A stretch of 64,000 nucleotides of DNA from Selaginella moellendorffii. Lineage: Eukaryota > Plantae > Lycopodiophyta. Both the position numbers and the translations under genes were made by a program. The stretch lies in NCBI RefSeq assembly GCF_000143415.4, contig NW_003314261.1, forward strand, positions 5,915,620 to 5,979,619. Reading direction: 5' to 3'. Below are positions 60,943 through 64,000 of this stretch, one piece after another; position 1 is the first letter of the stretch; each line of letters begins with the position of its first letter. Under the pieces are notes generated by a model, which saw only the letters and a program-made list of their open reading frames with translations, was not told where the DNA came from and made no database searches.

Positions 60943-63900
60943 TGTGAGACACAAAATCCCTAGGCCCCAAAGTGGAGCCGGAAAGGGTGCCACATGGTAG
61001 TGGCCGAAGCGAAAGCCCAAACAAGTGTAACACGTTTGGACTAAAAGCTCTGACTTGGAAGGTCGAGAGCGGGAGTGGAACTCCCAACAAAGTGCTCAAG
61101 GAGTGAGCACGAAGCGAGCAATAAGCAAGGCTCCAAAAAGGGACCCAAAAAGGACCAACATATGACATGTGGAAGTGTCCGAGATGGAGTCCAAGATGGA
61201 CCCGAGACGGAGTCCGAGATGGAGTCCGAGGTGGACCGAGACGGAGTTCGAGATAGACCCGAGATGGAGTCCGAGATGGAGTCCGAGATGGACCCGAGAT
61301 GGAGTCCGAGATGGAGTCCAAGGTGGACCAAGATGGAGTCCAAGATGGACCCAAGATGGAGTCCGAGATGGACCGAGACGGAGTTTGAGATGGAGTCTGA
61401 GATGGAGTCCGAGATGGACCGAGACGGAGTCCGAGATGGACCGAGACGGAGTCCGAGATGGAGTCCGAGATGGAGTCCGAGAAGGACCCGAGATGGAGTC
61501 CGAGGTCGAGACCGAGACCGGGACCGAGACCGAGACCGAGACTGGGACCGAGACCGGGACAGAGACCGAGACCGAGACCGAGGCCAAGGCTGAGTCCGAG
61601 CCCGAGTCCGAGTCCGAGTCTGAGTCCGAGTCCGAGTCCGAGTCCGAGTCCGAGTCCGAGTCCGAGTCCGAGTCCGAGTCCGAGTCCGAGTCCGAGTCCG
61701 AGTCCGAGTCCGAGTCCGAGTCCGAGTCCGAGTCCGAGTCCGAGTCCGAGTCTGAGTCCGAATCCGAGTCCAAGTTCGAGTCTGAGAGGGTGAAAGCCCA
61801 AAGCATTCGTCTCCCAGACCCTGAGGGGTATGGCGAGCTCCAAAAGTATAGTAAGGGGGAGGACTGCAGTGGAGCCAGTTTGGCCAGGAAAGGCCAGTTT
61901 GGCCCAGGAAGGCCAGACCCAGTGTTGGGTGATGAACTGACCACTGGGAAGTCCAAGACTAGAGTGAATACGGACCGACAAGCGGGGTAGCTTGGTGAAG
62001 TGTTCAAGAGCCGGCTCTAGTTCCCCCGGGAGATCGACTGGCCGATGCTCCCAGTCCAAGTGTGGGNNNNNNNNNNNNNNNNNNNNNNNNNNNNNNNNNN
62101 NNNNNNNNNNNNNNNNNNNNNNNNNNNNNNNNNNNNNNNNNNNNNNNNNNNNNNNNNNNNNNNNNNGAAAGGTGGGGAGAGTACCCAGGTGGCTCGCGTA
62201 AGGCCACGGTGTTCCGAAATGTTGTCCCAAAGGCCTAGACTATGGAAAGGAAGAGGAGCAGTCCTCTGGGGTAGTGACCAAGGACACAGTCGTGTGGTGA
62301 GGAAGTCCCAGAGGACCCATGGGAGCTTAGGGGTCGGGGGCCTGTGGGCCTCGATCTAGTGGCAGTGTTGGCAAACACGGCCAGGGGCAGAAAGGGACCG
62401 GAGCTACCTTTAATAAATGCTGGAACAACCCAAGGAGTTGGGGGGTGTACTTAGAGATGAGTTGGTATTCTTATCACATGGACAAGTAGTTCTAAGGGGC
62501 AAAGGTTGCCCTAGAGAACAAAATCAAGTGTCAGAGTAACACTTGTGAAAATAGTCCTTATGAGTAGGACATGAATGCAAGAAGTTGTATTCCAGTGAGC
62601 TGGTGCCTCATAAGTACTACCTTACGGGTCTGTGGATTAACCAAGTCCAAAACTACTAGATAACTCAAGTTGAGTCAAGGAATGGTCCTAAAGGACTGAT
62701 GGAAGCATTTGACTGAGGTGTGTTGTACCCCATGAAGGATGGGGGGGGGATCATAGGATCCAAGGATGAGAACAGAGGGTATCTCATTGATGGTAGAATG
62801 TGTCATGCTAAAGCCGTGGGAAAGGTGTTCCCCAAAAAGAAAGCAACTTTGGCTTAGAGTTGTAAGTGCACTATGGTGCAGTGCTAACTGATAGTTGGCA
62901 TGAAAAATGACTGCTTTAGACTTGGCAAAGACCTAGACATAAGTAAGAAGTGTCATAGAGGTGAGCTCGTAGGGCCGATGGTGTTGGAGACACCAAATGT
63001 GCCAAGGTGGGATACCTTGAGGTTATGTTGGTGGGTTCATAAGAACCCTTTGCTAAGAGAATCCCAACGAAAATGGGAATGGTATGGCTTAAGCTGAAAG
63101 GCATGTGGTAAAGTGTGGTGACCAAAACAATGATGGAGGTGTGGAAGCACTAGCAATGAGTTATAGGACTTAACAACTATAAGGCAACTAAGCAAAAGGT
63201 GCCAGATAATTGGTCAAACGGGTAGAAGGTAACTACCCAAGACTTCTTAATGGCATAAAGAAGTTGGATATACCGTTAAGGGGGATAAGTTGCTTATGTT
63301 GCGATATAGTAAGTCAATGTCATAAAAGGAAATACTCATTATCAAGGAAGCCGTCGTTGGGACACCCAAACACTCTAGAACACCAGGAGGTGGTGTTTGA
63401 TGTCGCGAGGGCAATAGATAAGGCCCAGGGGACTAAGTCCCTAGCGAATGATGGATAGAAGGTGCTATTCAAATGTCCAAGGTTGCGGAGACAGGAGAAG
63501 ACTATCTACCCGAATCGGACAAAGCAAAAAATGGAATTTTGGCAAGGCTAGTGAGGGGCATGTAAAGGCCCATAAGCAACAACGTTAACCCCGGTGTGTG
63601 GGATTAGAAGGTGAGCATACCTGGATTGAGGAACCACTCCCTAGGCTATCGGGTAGGTTCATCCCTAAGAATACTTGCTAAGGCATGATAGAAAGTGCAA
63701 AGCTATCCTCCTAGTCAGGAGGAGAATGACCGAAGGAAATGTGTGAAACCAAAAGCAAGTAGTAAAGGGATAGAACCGAAGCATAGGAATTGAAGGGCAT
63801 AACCAAGGTTGGTTATGCCAGCTGGGAGTGGAAAAGCAAGTGGGGGCTCGAGGGTGTTGTTGCTAGCAACCGTGATGCCATGGGGAGTCTAAAAGATGGA

Positions 63901-64000
63901 ATTATCCATGTTAGACTATATGGCAACTAGAAAGCTTGCAAAAAGGGAGGCCTTAGTAAGCTAAGGGACAGAGTTCCTTCAAGGTTCCCAAAGACAATTC
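60943..64000 (+). mobile_element. LARD-like element: LTR (60943-~62400) fused by deletion to internal region; runs off the window
   Basis: New TGTGAGACAC start inside the previous LTR; at ~62401 the sequence jumps to the equivalent of 40068, skipping the LTR end and PBS. Confidence 0.88.

Noticed and set aside
59692-62230. Long ORFs with MESE/SDSD/LGLG/RTRT repeats (also 34578-35348, 38216-38830, 47594-48230)
   Set aside because: They are open in several frames on both strands because the minisatellite lacks stops; not credible proteins.

Overview
Repeat-rich land-plant genomic DNA (short ~50-nt GT-AG introns, a CYP88 fragment, germin and plant telomere motifs; a lycophyte such as Selaginella is my inference, not proven), with four N gaps. 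1-16.7 kb appears to be one large minus-strand Helitron: a PIF1 helicase remnant, an RPA70-like gene and mostly decayed cargo (MORC ATPase, C2/inositol 5-phosphatase, SKIP16-like F-box, B3-like, CYP88/KAO). A second ~3-kb Helitron has inserted 3 bp inside its 5' terminus. 20-34 kb holds a germin-like pseudogene and a direct plus inverted segmental duplication carrying two copies of a Crinkler-type P-loop NTPase + restriction-endonuclease-fold + PHD-finger gene (right copy apparently intact). 34-49.5 kb and 59.7-64 kb are nested LTR retrotransposons: a non-coding LARD-like family with minisatellite-bearing 1.6-kb LTRs that repeatedly inserts into itself, a young Ty3/gypsy element with 104-bp LTRs, and a gypsy remnant. 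49.5-59.7 kb is a putative DNA transposon with a Sola/DUF7869-like transposase and a divergent ~1,500-aa multi-exon gene ending in an FCP1-like phosphatase. That block is studded with about 18 copies of a 22-bp palindrome, several of which form the core of the gene's introns. All family assignments come from motif recognition by eye, not database searches.
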